Assembly (NCBI GenBank): GCA_046598345.1
Contig: JBKJIT010000001.1
Span: 44,251-108,250, forward strand
Direction of reading: 5' to 3'
Length of the DNA stretch: 64,000 nucleotides
Source of the DNA: Minisyncoccia bacterium
Lineage (GTDB): Bacteria > Patescibacteriota > Minisyncoccia > Phycocordibacterales > UBA918
A program made the translations under genes and the position numbers. Below are positions 20,281 to 30,062 of the stretch, piece by piece. Numbering within the stretch: the stretch's first letter is position 1; each line of letters begins with the position of its first letter. The notes beneath the pieces are model-generated. The model had not been told where the DNA came from and made no database searches. It saw only the letters and a list, made by a program, of their open reading frames with translations.

Positions 20281-21681
20281 ATGAATACATCTTCACGAGA
20301 CGGACTTATGGATAAAATCGTGTCGCTCGCTAAGCGCCGAGGTTTTGTGTTTCAAGGTTCAGAGATTTATGGCGGTTTTGTTGGCGTCTATGATTATGGA
20401 CCGTACGGTGTTGAGCTTGCGAACAATTTGAAGGCAGCATGGTGGAAGGCAATGGTTCAACAAGAACGAAACATTGTTGGTCTTGATTCAGGAATTGTGA
20501 CGCATCCACGCGTGTGGGAAGCGTCAGGGCATGTGAATGGCTTTTCGGACCCGCTGGTTGAATGTAAAGAATGCAACACCCGTTCGCGGGCAGATCATCT
20601 CCTTGAAGAGGCAGGAGTGTTTGCTGATGAAAAAATGAGCATCGAGGAAATAAATACGCTCTTTGATGCGGAGCGTACGAAGCTTACGTGTCCTAAATGT
20701 GGTCAAAAAAACTTTGGGGAAGTGAAACGTTTTAATCTTCTCGTACAAACAAATCTCGGGAATTTTTCAAGTGATTGGACAAAGGACCCGACCTATCTTC
20801 GGGGGGAAACCTGCCAGGGTATTTATATCAATTTTAAAAATATCGTCGATTCTTCGCGGGTGAAAGTGCCATTTGGTATCGCACAAATCGGAAAAGCATT
20901 TCGAAATGAGATCGCCCCACGACAATACATTTTTAGAAAACGAGAATTTGAACAAATGGAAATGCAGATGTTTGTGCGTCCGGAAGACGAAATGACAACA
21001 TATGAGACGTGGAGAAAAAAGCGGTGGCAGTACTACCTTGATCTTGGATTCAAAGAAGAGAATTTAAAATGGCACGAGCACGAAAATTTGGTGTTTTATG
21101 CGAAAGCGGCGTGGGATATTGAATATAAATTCCCTTTTGGTTTCAAGGAACTTGAAGGCATCCATGCGCGGGGTGACTATGATTTGACCCAGCATCAACA
21201 ATTTTCAGGAAAGGATCTCTCGTATCTTGATCCAGTTACGAACGAACGCTATGTGCCGCATGTCGTGGAGACATCGGTTGGGCTCGACCGTACATTTCTC
21301 GCGGCCCTCACTGAATTTTATGATGAGGATGAACTTGGAGGGGAGACGCGCACGGTGCTTCGGTTTCCTAAGGCGCTTGCTCCCATCAAGGTTGCGGTTT
21401 TTCCACTGCTAAAAAATAAACCGGAACTTGTCGCCAAAGCAGACGAAGTATTTGTGATGCTTTCAAAAGTCATGCGTGCCGAGTTCGATGATAACGGAAA
21501 TATTGGAAAGCGGTATCGACGACAAGACGAAATTGGTACTCCACACTGTGTGACGATTGATTTTGAAACACTTGGGGAAGAAAAGCCTGAACTAAAGGAT
21601 ACGGTTACGATCCGAGATCGCGACACCGGTGAGCAGGAGCGTGTTTTGATTTCTGAGCTTATACATTTTTTACGCAAATAG
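20281..21681 (+). CDS. glyQS: Glycine--tRNA ligase, dimeric type
   Basis: YDYGPYG, LRGETCQG, IGKAFRNEI, IGKRYRRQDEIGTP. Confidence 0.97.
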   Translation: MNTSSRDGLMDKIVSLAKRRGFVFQGSEIYGGFVGVYDYGPYGVELANNLKAAWWKAMVQQERNIVGLDSGIVTHPRVWEASGHVNGFSDPLVECKECNTRSRADHLLEEAGVFADEKMSIEEINTLFDAERTKLTCPKCGQKNFGEVKRFNLLVQTNLGNFSSDWTKDPTYLRGETCQGIYINFKNIVDSSRVKVPFGIAQIGKAFRNEIAPRQYIFRKREFEQMEMQMFVRPEDEMTTYETWRKKRWQYYLDLGFKEENLKWHEHENLVFYAKAAWDIEYKFPFGFKELEGIHARGDYDLTQHQQFSGKDLSYLDPVTNERYVPHVVETSVGLDRTFLAALTEFYDEDELGGETRTVLRFPKALAPIKVAVFPLLKNKPELVAKADEVFVMLSKVMRAEFDDNGNIGKRYRRQDEIGTPHCVTIDFETLGEEKPELKDTVTIRDRDTGEQERVLISELIHFLRK

Positions 21682-21682
21682 T

Positions 21683-23122
21683 ATGGCTGCGCGCTATCTC
21701 ACGACAACCCTTCCGTATGTAAATGACGACCCTCACATCGGACATGCGCTTGAGTTTGTGCAGGCTGATTCACTCGCACGATATTGGCGACTTATGGGCC
21801 ATGAGGTTTTTTTTAACACGGGTACCGACGAACATGGACAAAAAATTTCTCGTAAAGCAGACGAAAAGGGAGAAGAAAGACAAGCGTATGTTGATCATTT
21901 TGCCTCACGTTTCAAAGATTCACTTCAGGTCCTTAATCTTTCCTATGACGCCTTTATTCGTACCACAAACGAAAATCATAAAAAAGCAGCGCAGGAACTC
22001 TGGAAGCTGTGCGCGGCTAGAGGTGATATCTATAAGAAAAAATACAGCGGACTGTACTGCGTCGGGTGTGAGTCTTTTAAAAAGGACTCCGATTTAGTTA
22101 ATGGTCTATGTCCTGATCATCAAAAAGCACCGGAAGTTATTGAGGAAGAGAATTATTTTTTCGCACTCTCGAAGTACCAAGGATACATCGAAGACTACCT
22201 TGCTCGTGAAGGCGTTATTGTGCCCGAGTGGAGGAGGCAGGAAGCACTTAATTTCGTAAAAGATGGACTTGAAGATTTCAGCATTTCTCGCGAAAAGACC
22301 CGTATGAATTGGGGGGTTGATGTCCCCGGTGATGATACACATGTCATGTACGTGTGGTTTGATGCGCTCACTAACTATATCTCGACCTTAGGATGGCCAG
22401 AAGATGAAGGGGGATGCTATAAGAAATTTTGGGAAAAAGGGAGTCCCATGCAAATGGCCGGAAAGGATCAAGTACGTTTCCAATCGATCATGTGGCAGGC
22501 AATGCTTAAGTCAGCTGGGCTGCCTCCCACTTTCACTGTTTTGTATCATGGGTTTATTAATTCTGGAGGTCAAAAAATGAGCAAGTCGATAGGAAACGTG
22601 ATTAGTCCGTTCGACATCATTAAAAAATATGGAACCGATGCAACCCGCTATCTGCTCTTGCGTCACGTGCATCCCTTTGATGATACCGATATCACACACG
22701 ATCGACTCGATGAGTGGTTTAATGCGCATCTTGCAAACGGACTTGGTAATCTCGTCTCCCGCGTAATGAAAATGGCAGAAGATAACCTCGACGCCCCCGT
22801 TCCTGTCACTGCTGCGCCACTCGAAGAAGCCTTTACGAAGCATATGGATATGTATCGCTTTGACGAGGCAATGAACCTCATTTTCGAACACATTGGCAAA
22901 GGGGATCAGTATATCCAAGACACGCTTCCATTTAAAAAGATAAAATCTGAAAATCCTGAAGAGGTAAAAGAAGGGAAAGCGGTGATCGAGAAATTGGTTC
23001 AGCATATCTACCGCATTTCGGAACACCTCGTGCCGTTTATGCCTGAAACTGCAGAAAAAATTATGCAGGCGGTGCGAGAAAACAAAAAACCTGAAACACT
23101 TTTTGCGAGAATTGAAGCATAA
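21683..23122 (+). CDS. metG: Methionine--tRNA ligase
   Basis: PYVNDDPHIGHA, GTDEHGQK, YVWFDAL, KMSKSIGN. Confidence 0.97.
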   Translation: MAARYLTTTLPYVNDDPHIGHALEFVQADSLARYWRLMGHEVFFNTGTDEHGQKISRKADEKGEERQAYVDHFASRFKDSLQVLNLSYDAFIRTTNENHKKAAQELWKLCAARGDIYKKKYSGLYCVGCESFKKDSDLVNGLCPDHQKAPEVIEEENYFFALSKYQGYIEDYLAREGVIVPEWRRQEALNFVKDGLEDFSISREKTRMNWGVDVPGDDTHVMYVWFDALTNYISTLGWPEDEGGCYKKFWEKGSPMQMAGKDQVRFQSIMWQAMLKSAGLPPTFTVLYHGFINSGGQKMSKSIGNVISPFDIIKKYGTDATRYLLLRHVHPFDDTDITHDRLDEWFNAHLANGLGNLVSRVMKMAEDNLDAPVPVTAAPLEEAFTKHMDMYRFDEAMNLIFEHIGKGDQYIQDTLPFKKIKSENPEEVKEGKAVIEKLVQHIYRISEHLVPFMPETAEKIMQAVRENKKPETLFARIEA

Positions 23123-23208
23123 AAAAATCTACAACAAACTAGTTCGCGACAAAACGATCGATATCGACAACATGATGTTGAAGAAAGAATCTGTGCAGGA
23201 AGATATTA

Positions 23209-23260
23209 AGTACATAACCATCACTATTCCGGTTAACCGGAATAGTGATGGTTATGTACT
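23209..23260. repeat. Perfect 52-bp palindrome overlapping the stop codon of the TrpR-like gene
   Basis: agtacataaccatcactattccggtt|aaccggaatagtgatggttatgtact. Confidence 0.95.
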
Positions 23261-23656
23261 CCGGTAGCGGTCGAGTCCAACTCGATGCGGAAGTAGATCT
23301 CCGAGATGAAAAATTGAATCGAGAGTATCAATGAGTTTGAAGTAATCTCGCTTTTTTTTCATGAGCAATCTGATAATACCGGCATATCCTCCCGACTCTA
23401 TTTTGAGTGCAATTATTCCGGTAGTTGTAGGACTGAGTTTAAGTAGGCGAGAGGTTTTATACTGAGAATATCCTTCGGAGATAAGTATAATAGCCGCAAG
23501 TCGCTTTGCAACGGTAAGTCGTTCTTCTTTTCCAAGAAGCTCATCAAGAAAGATTGTCGTTGCACGAGGGTTGAGTTTTGTAAGTATCAAATCAAATTGT
23601 CGCATTAAACGAACCACGTCATGTGGAGACAGTTGATTGCGATTTACATTAACCAT
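23252..23656 (-). CDS. TrpR/YerC-YecD-like HTH protein
   Basis: FLDELL..EERLTVAKRLAAIILI.EG.S....S..L..S.TT pattern; start taken at MVNVNR. Confidence 0.75.
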   Translation of the reverse strand: MVNVNRNQLSPHDVVRLMRQFDLILTKLNPRATTIFLDELLGKEERLTVAKRLAAIILISEGYSQYKTSRLLKLSPTTTGIIALKIESGGYAGIIRLLMKKKRDYFKLIDTLDSIFHLGDLLPHRVGLDRYRST

Positions 23657-23673
23657 TAGTACTAGTATATCAA

Positions 23674-23695
23674 ATATTCCGGTTAACCGGAATAA
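23674..23695. repeat. 22-bp palindrome upstream of the TrpR-like gene, sharing a 20-bp core with the downstream one
   Basis: atattccggttaaccggaatat. Confidence 0.95.
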
Positions 23696-23727
23696 TATTT
23701 GTGGTACTTCTATGATAATGTTAAGAG

Positions 23728-24576
23728 ATGATGGAGTATAAATACATTGATGTGCACTCACATATTCACGGCAGAGAATTTGATGCCGATCGAGGAGAAG
23801 TACTTTTGCGTATGCAAAACGAAGGGATTGCAACGATTGCGATTGGTACGGGCCTTGAAACGAGTAAGGCAGCAATTTCTGTTGCAGAGAAAAATGAACA
23901 TGTGTATGCAACGGTGGGACTCCATCCAGTTGACGATACGGAAGAACCTTTTAACGAAGCAGACTTCCGAACGCTTCTTGCGCACCCTAAAGTTGTGGGA
24001 TTGGGAGAGTGCGGACTCGACTATCACTACATTGAAACTTTCTTTGAAAAGGAAAAAGTTAAGAACGGCTGGACGCATACCAAAGATGCCGAAGCAGACA
24101 GACAGCGTGAACTTTTTGAACGACAGATTACGCTTGCAGTCGAAATGGGGAAGCCACTCATGCTCCATGGTCGTCCATCTCCAAAAACCATGGATGCATA
24201 TGAAGACATGCTCTATATGCTTAAAAATGCAGCGACAAGATATGGAGATCGACTCAGAGGTAATTTTCACTTTTTTGTCGGAAACGTAGAAATTGCAAAA
24301 CAGGTTCTCGACATCGGTTTTACAATGAGTTTTTCGGGTGTCATCACCTTTGCTCATGATTATGATGATGTAGTCCGCTATGTTCCTCTCACCACAATGC
24401 ACGCAGAAACAGATTCGCCCTACGCCGCCCCGGTGCCTTTCCGTGGAAAACGAAATGAGCCGACGTTTGTGAAGGAAATCTACACATATATCGCAACTGT
24501 CAGGAACGAAGACGAGGAAAAAGTAAGAGCAACACTCATTCAAAATGCACAACGAGTATTCCAAATAGTAATGTAA
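23728..24576 (+). CDS. tatD: TatD family nuclease
   Basis: DVHSH, GLHP, GECGLDY, ETDSPY. Confidence 0.93.
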   Translation: MMEYKYIDVHSHIHGREFDADRGEVLLRMQNEGIATIAIGTGLETSKAAISVAEKNEHVYATVGLHPVDDTEEPFNEADFRTLLAHPKVVGLGECGLDYHYIETFFEKEKVKNGWTHTKDAEADRQRELFERQITLAVEMGKPLMLHGRPSPKTMDAYEDMLYMLKNAATRYGDRLRGNFHFFVGNVEIAKQVLDIGFTMSFSGVITFAHDYDDVVRYVPLTTMHAETDSPYAAPVPFRGKRNEPTFVKEIYTYIATVRNEDEEKVRATLIQNAQRVFQIVM

Positions 24577-24658
24577 AGCGATCAGATGGCAGTTAGATTG
24601 ACAGGCGATCGCGTTCTCGATAGTCTGGGCAAAGTTGTACAACCAGGAGGGGGTGGAA

Positions 24659-24910
24659 ATGGAAAAGTGTGGAATTCTCACGAGCGATCATCTTATTACC
24701 AAAGGATTGGAATGTTCGGGATGTCTTCGGCATCTAGGGCACTACGACCCACACTTGGTAAGGCGATCCAGTGGAACATTCGTTGCGTTCCAGACTGACT
24801 GGAGCTGCGAGTGTGAGGCTTGCCTGGGAGATGAATCGGATAAGTGGTGTGAGATTTACTGGGAAGTGACACCTGCTGAATCTGACGAACTTATACAGAG
24901 ATACCCGTAG
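24659..24910 (+). CDS. Small Cys-rich orphan protein
   Basis: AGGAGG SD; CSGC...H..H...CECEAC...C, possible metal binder. Confidence 0.5.
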   Translation: MEKCGILTSDHLITKGLECSGCLRHLGHYDPHLVRRSSGTFVAFQTDWSCECEACLGDESDKWCEIYWEVTPAESDELIQRYP

Positions 24911-25015
24911 CCTATGGCTACGGGTATATTTGGATAAAAACCAATCATTGACTTTGATAGTTATATTGAGCAGAATTGCACCTGGCAAAAGCTCATTCAC
25001 TTTAAGGAGAAGTTC

Positions 25016-25330
25016 ATGGAGCATGGCACAATATTAGGAATCGGCGTCATCCTCCTGCTCGGCTACTATGTATGGAGTGAGAATAAGCGGGACAGGGACG
25101 TGATCTTCAAAGCCCTGAGCGACAAAGAATGGCTGACTGTTGATCAGATTCTTCAGCGCACCGCGGGTAGTGGCAGAAAAATTGAAACAGAAATGATTCA
25201 TTCCGCACTGCGTGCGTTCGAGAAACGGAAGTTAGTTGAACCCGGACGCTCAAAAGACCCCCGTGTTGTGCTACTCACGAATAAAGGAGCCTGGCAGCAT
25301 AACTCAAGGTACTATCGATGTGACACCTGA
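25016..25330 (+). CDS. Orphan membrane-anchored winged-HTH-like protein
   Basis: N-terminal TM then IFKAL..LTVDQI..IHSALRAFEKRKLV; AAGGAG SD; terminator near 25354-25386. Confidence 0.6.
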   Translation: MEHGTILGIGVILLLGYYVWSENKRDRDVIFKALSDKEWLTVDQILQRTAGSGRKIETEMIHSALRAFEKRKLVEPGRSKDPRVVLLTNKGAWQHNSRYYRCDT

Positions 25331-25449
25331 CGTTTCCAAGTGCAAATCAAAACAAATCCCCTCGGCCCTTGTGACCGCGGGGATTTCTATTATCTAATCA
25401 AAATTACTTTTTTACCCCCCCCGTCTCTGTTTGTGATAAAATGGTCTAT

Positions 25450-26364
25450 ATGAAAAAATTTATCGCTCCCATCGTAATCATCCTACTCATTGGCATTATT
25501 ATATATTTATGGAGCCAACGCTCACGAGATACCGTCATAGTTCCAACTCAAACCACCATTGAAACACCAACTGATACTGTTTCAACCTCCACCGTCACCG
25601 AAACTCCTGAAGAAGTGGATGAAAGCAAGACTGTTATCGGTACATCAGTTGAAGAGCGAGATATAACGGCGTATCACTATGGCGGAGGAGAACGAGAGGT
25701 ACTTTTTATGGGGGGTATACATGGAGGATATGGGTGGAACACCACTCTCGTTGCTTACGAACTCATGGATTATCTTGAAGCAAACCCTAGTGCAATACCA
25801 TCTAATGTGCGCGTAACGGTGATTCCAGTGTTGAATCCTGATGGTCTTAATAAAGTGGTGGGGACTGATGGACGCTTTTCCGCAGATGATGCGCCAGTCC
25901 TAACGAAAGACACCATACCTGGCCGCTTCAACGCACATGGTGTTGATCTCAATCGCAATTTTGATTGTGACTGGCAAGCATCTGGTAAATGGCAGAATAT
26001 GACGGTGAGCGGTGGAAGTCAGGCATTCTCTGAACCTGAAAGTCAGGCTGTAAAAAAGTATGTAGAAGATCATGAAATCAGTGGAGCAATTGTATGGTAT
26101 AGCGCAGCGGGAGGAGTTTATGCGTCTGCGTGTGATGAGGGAGTACTGCCTGAAAGTAAGACTCTTACAAACATATATGCAAAGGCTTCTGGATATTCTG
26201 CACACGAAAGTTTTGATTCCTATGCCGTTACTGGAGACATGGTAAATTGGCTCGCAAAAAGGGATGTGCCCGCAATCAGTGTTCTTCTCACCAATCATAC
26301 GGATACTGAATGGTCTAAGAACAAAGCTGGTATTGAAGCAGCACTTAAGCATTTTGCTGAGTAA
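25450..26364 (+). CDS. M14 zinc carboxypeptidase homologue (MpaA-like), probably inactive
   Basis: NPDG, RFNAHGVDLNRNF, SEPE; metal/catalytic residues substituted relative to the adjacent paralogue. Confidence 0.85.
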   Translation: MKKFIAPIVIILLIGIIIYLWSQRSRDTVIVPTQTTIETPTDTVSTSTVTETPEEVDESKTVIGTSVEERDITAYHYGGGEREVLFMGGIHGGYGWNTTLVAYELMDYLEANPSAIPSNVRVTVIPVLNPDGLNKVVGTDGRFSADDAPVLTKDTIPGRFNAHGVDLNRNFDCDWQASGKWQNMTVSGGSQAFSEPESQAVKKYVEDHEISGAIVWYSAAGGVYASACDEGVLPESKTLTNIYAKASGYSAHESFDSYAVTGDMVNWLAKRDVPAISVLLTNHTDTEWSKNKAGIEAALKHFAE

Positions 26365-27272
26365 TGTTTCTCTCTCGGTACAGGAGAGTAGTCCTTGTAG
26401 GGATCTTGATCGTGTTCCTCGTCTGCGTTAGTGCGTATCTATATCATCGATCAAGGGATGTATCTGATGTTGTCCACGAGATTCCTGTACTTGAGGAGAG
26501 TGCTTCAACGACTCCAACGGAGATCGCGCACATAAGAACGACGATAGGAACTTCAGTCGAGGGGAGGGCAATCGAGGCGTATACCTTTGGGAGTGGCGGT
26601 ACGCACCTCGTCTTTGTTGGTGGTATACACGGAGGGTATGAGTGGAATAGCGTTGTGTTAGCATATGAAGCAATCACGTACCTTACCTCTAATCCTACAA
26701 TTATTCCGGACAGCCTTCGCGTTACCGTTATTCCCTCAGCAAATCCGGATGGTGTATATACAGTTGTTGGGAAAGAAGGACCCTTTACAGTGAGTGATGT
26801 ACCTAAGGAAGTGGGGCCTCTTGGCACCGGACGATTCAATGCACGAGGAGTTGATCTTAATCGCAATTTTGATTGTAAGTGGAAGTCGGAAAGCATGTGG
26901 AGAGGAAATGTCGTGAGTGCTGGAACATCCGCATTTTCGGAGCCTGAAGCTGTCGTTCTTCGTGATTTCTTGTTAGCGGAGAAACCCGTCGGGGTTGTGT
27001 TTTGGCACAGTCAGGCAAATGCAGTATATGCATCTGAATGCACTGAGGGTGTATTGCCACAGACCCTTACACTTATGCAGACCTACTCAAAAGCCGCCGG
27101 GTATACGGCCATTCCGACATTTGACTCCTATGAAGTCACTGGAGATGCGGAGGGTTGGCTCGCCTCTATTCAAATTCCTGCAATCACGGTGGAGCTCAAG
27201 ACACACGAGTCAATTGAGTGGGAAAAAAATCTCCTCGGACTTAAAGCGGTTATTAATTACTATGGAAGATAG
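26364..27272 (+). CDS. M14 zinc carboxypeptidase (MpaA-like), membrane anchored
   Basis: GGIHGGYE, NPDG, DLNRNF, FWHSQ, ITVEL. Confidence 0.88.
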   Translation: MFLSRYRRVVLVGILIVFLVCVSAYLYHRSRDVSDVVHEIPVLEESASTTPTEIAHIRTTIGTSVEGRAIEAYTFGSGGTHLVFVGGIHGGYEWNSVVLAYEAITYLTSNPTIIPDSLRVTVIPSANPDGVYTVVGKEGPFTVSDVPKEVGPLGTGRFNARGVDLNRNFDCKWKSESMWRGNVVSAGTSAFSEPEAVVLRDFLLAEKPVGVVFWHSQANAVYASECTEGVLPQTLTLMQTYSKAAGYTAIPTFDSYEVTGDAEGWLASIQIPAITVELKTHESIEWEKNLLGLKAVINYYGR

Positions 27273-27285
27273 TTAGCTCGGTACG

Positions 27286-28212
27286 CTAATCGAAAAGGGA
27301 AATAAGGTAACTATCTATTTCTCGTTGGTCAATGTCATAAAAAGATTTACCCGAGCTGTGGAGTTCTTTTGCTAATTCCGTTCCCACGAATCTCCAATGC
27401 CATGGTTCGAACATATAGTATGCGTTTCCTTTAGGGTAGGAGAGGATAAATCCATACTTATGAGCATTCCCCTGAAGCCATGTATATCCAGGTGTGTTCT
27501 CAAATCCGTTAATTCCACCCCCCAAGCCCTCAGTGGTTAGGTCCAGGGTCGTTCCAAGCTGGTGCTCGGAGTAGCCTTGATCGGCAGAAAACGTGTTTGC
27601 ACCAGAACCATAGGCAACAGTGTAGGCACCCTTTAAGTATTTTTGTTCGTCAAATGAGCGGTATGCAGAGGTAACCCATATTTTAATGTCGTCTTCGAGC
27701 GCATCCTTGAGCATATCGGTGAGGAAGGGAGCGACCTGAGCGTGTATAAATTTTGGAGTAGCTTCACTGTAGAGATAGGTGACGGGAATTGCAGTAAGCT
27801 TGGCGGGAACATAATTTTCATTGAGGAAATACACCTTTGAGTATTTTTGAAGGAGTTCAGGGTCAGTTTTTGCAAGTTTATCTAGGGTACCGACCGTTGA
27901 GCCAATTTTTTCAATCTGCTCTTCGAACTCTTCGTTACGATTCTTTTCTCGTCGTAAATCTCGCGACAGGTCGTTATTTTCATCGAGTTGATCCTCGAGC
28001 ATCGTCATTGTTTCGGTGAGCACTCCTTCAAGTGTGAGTATACGGGCGGTGGTGGTGGCGATTTCAGCTTCTTTTTCAGTAATAGTGGTCCGCAGGCTCA
28101 CTTCGCTCGCTCGTGTCGCTTCCCCCCGCTTTTCAAGCGTGTACCAGAAGTACCCATTTCCCACAATTGAGATACCAAGAAGGATAATAAGAACGAACTC
28201 GCGAAGCTTCAT
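27286..28212 (-). CDS. M15B (VanY/LdcB-like) carboxypeptidase with TM and coiled coil
   Basis: SAYRS, SEHQLGTTLD, EPWHWRFVG. Confidence 0.92.
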   Translation of the reverse strand: MKLREFVLIILLGISIVGNGYFWYTLEKRGEATRASEVSLRTTITEKEAEIATTTARILTLEGVLTETMTMLEDQLDENNDLSRDLRREKNRNEEFEEQIEKIGSTVGTLDKLAKTDPELLQKYSKVYFLNENYVPAKLTAIPVTYLYSEATPKFIHAQVAPFLTDMLKDALEDDIKIWVTSAYRSFDEQKYLKGAYTVAYGSGANTFSADQGYSEHQLGTTLDLTTEGLGGGINGFENTPGYTWLQGNAHKYGFILSYPKGNAYYMFEPWHWRFVGTELAKELHSSGKSFYDIDQREIDSYLISLFD

Positions 28213-28341
28213 AGGTTTGTTTCGATTGTAACATACAGGAACCCTGCGGAGTATATTGGGGAGTATCAGGCGCTCCATTTGAAAACCTTCAAAATATATG
28301 GTACGGTGTGCCAACACTTATTAAGGGTTAACGAGACAATA

Positions 28342-28890
28342 ATGTCAGATACAACAATGCCAGCGACCGAGGCACTCGAAGCAAAAAGCTACGAATATGC
28401 CTTCCACATACTTCCAACGGTTGCTGAAGGGGAAGTACCCAGCGTCTTTGCAGAGATCAAAGCGCTTATTACCAAACTAGGCGGTGAAATAATGACCGAG
28501 GAAGCTCCTGAGCGAGTTGATCTCGTCTATGACATCGTCAAATCAATCGAAGCTAAGAATCGCCGCTTCAAGAGCGCGTATTTTGGCTGGATCCGGTTTA
28601 CGCTCCCAGTCGAGAAGATTGAAGAGCTTACTGAGGATCTTCGCGGGGTACCACAAATTCTTCGCGACCTCATGATTAAACTCACGAAGATCGAAGAAGC
28701 GCGACCATTCCGCTTCCACGAAAACAGAAAGTCACTTAAAATGGTAGAAGTTATTGACGAAGGAGAAGCAGTGATCGGAGAAGTACACACGGAAGTAGAG
28801 AAGAGTAGTGAAGTATCCGAGGAAGCCCTCACAGAATCACTTGAAAAGATTACAAAAGAAGAGACTGCGGAAGAGACCAAAAGCGCGTAG
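28342..28890 (+). CDS. rpsF: 30S ribosomal protein S6 with acidic C-terminal tail
   Basis: YEYAFHILP, L.Y.I.K, AYFGWIRF; rpsF-ssb-rpsR synteny. Confidence 0.9.
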   Translation: MSDTTMPATEALEAKSYEYAFHILPTVAEGEVPSVFAEIKALITKLGGEIMTEEAPERVDLVYDIVKSIEAKNRRFKSAYFGWIRFTLPVEKIEELTEDLRGVPQILRDLMIKLTKIEEARPFRFHENRKSLKMVEVIDEGEAVIGEVHTEVEKSSEVSEEALTESLEKITKEETAEETKSA

Positions 28891-28913
28891 TTATAAACTT
28901 TAGGAAACCACAT

Positions 28914-29360
28914 ATGTACCTTAACAAAGCAATGATTTACGGAAATCTCACACGAGACCCCGAAATGAAGGCGCTCCCAAGCGGTATACAAGTTGCTTCA
29001 TTTTCCCTCGCCACGAATCGTGTCTACAATGACCGGGATGGAAAACGACAGGAGCAAGTTGATTACCACAATATCGTTTTTTTTGGTAAACAAGCAGAAA
29101 CAATATCTAAGTATCTTAAAAAAGGTAGTGGAGTATATGTTGAGGGGCGTATGCAGACTCGGAGTTGGGACAAAGACGGTGTGAAGCAGTATCGAACCGA
29201 AATCATTGGTGACAGGTTCCAGTTTGGTCCTCGTACTGATGGAGGAGGGGGAGGTGCACCTCTTGGACAGAGTACTGCACCAGCGGGAGCAGCGCCGGCG
29301 CAGAATAATGTGCCGGAGTATCCAGAAGAAGACATCAACCCAGAAGACATCCCATTTTAA
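28914..29360 (+). CDS. ssb: Single-stranded DNA-binding protein
   Basis: NKAMIYGNLTRDPE, DIPF C-terminus. Confidence 0.98.
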   Translation: MYLNKAMIYGNLTRDPEMKALPSGIQVASFSLATNRVYNDRDGKRQEQVDYHNIVFFGKQAETISKYLKKGSGVYVEGRMQTRSWDKDGVKQYRTEIIGDRFQFGPRTDGGGGGAPLGQSTAPAGAAPAQNNVPEYPEEDINPEDIPF

Positions 29361-29533
29361 AGTCAAAATTGCGCGTCTACATTGTCAGGCCGCGATAATT
29401 TGAGACTCGTCGTATGTTGAATACGCCTCATCTCAAATTTCTTGCCTTCCGCGTAATCGCACTAATTTTGAGCTTTAAAATCATAGGGAAAACTTGCAAT
29501 CTATAAAATATATTGAAATTAAAATTAATTGCT

Positions 29534-29746
29534 ATGATAGAAAAAAAAGAAAAGAACGAAAAAAGTACTGAGAACGTTGAACATCTTGATTACAAGGACG
29601 TACTCCGCATCAAGGCCCACTTGAATCCCCATGCACGTATGCTGAATCGTCGTCGCACTGGCCTCGCAGCCCGCGAACAGCGCGACTTCGCACGAGCAGT
29701 GAAGCGCGCGCGCTTCATGGCACTTGTGCCGTACATCTCGCACTAG
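29534..29746 (+). CDS. rpsR: 30S ribosomal protein S18 (Cys-free type)
   Basis: LDYKD, RRRTGL, AVKRARFMALVPY. Confidence 0.95.
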   Translation: MIEKKEKNEKSTENVEHLDYKDVLRIKAHLNPHARMLNRRRTGLAAREQRDFARAVKRARFMALVPYISH

Positions 29747-29747
29747 A

Positions 29748-29786
29748 AGTAAAACACCCGCGGCCGAAGGCCGCGGGTGTTTTACT
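29748..29786 (+). terminator. Intrinsic terminator after rpsR
   Basis: agtaaaacacccgcggcc-gaa-ggccgcgggtgttttact. Confidence 0.85.
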
Positions 29787-29839
29787 ATAAGAAACCCCGC
29801 ACATAGTGCGGGGGACGGCAGAAGGAGTTAACCATTAGC

Positions 29840-30040
29840 CTAAAAGTTTGTTGGTACGAACTGGTTATTCGTGGCTGGCTTTAAACCCGCGCCTACGATT
29901 TTAGCGAAAAAAATCACCGGATTAAATTCACCCACTTTCCACCGCGAATTGCACCGTGTGCCTCCTACTGGACACCGGCTGTTACGCACCATGCGCGCAC
30001 ACTTACTGTGTCCAGGAAAACGATTGCACTGCATACGCAT
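29840..30040 (-). CDS. Small basic 4-Cys orphan protein (66 aa) downstream of an attenuator
   Basis: AAGGAG SD 6 nt before ATG; own terminator ccccgcac-tat-gtgcgggg-tttctt near 29791-29813. Confidence 0.55.
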   Translation of the reverse strand: MRMQCNRFPGHSKCARMVRNSRCPVGGTRCNSRWKVGEFNPVIFFAKIVGAGLKPATNNQFVPTNF

Positions 30041-30062
30041 GCTCTTCTCCTTCTGTAAGAAC

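Noticed and set aside
23657-23911. N-terminal extension of the TrpR-like ORF, and antisense ORF 23758-24681
   Set aside because: Both overlap tatD on the opposite strand; the TrpR-like similarity begins at MVNVNR (23656).
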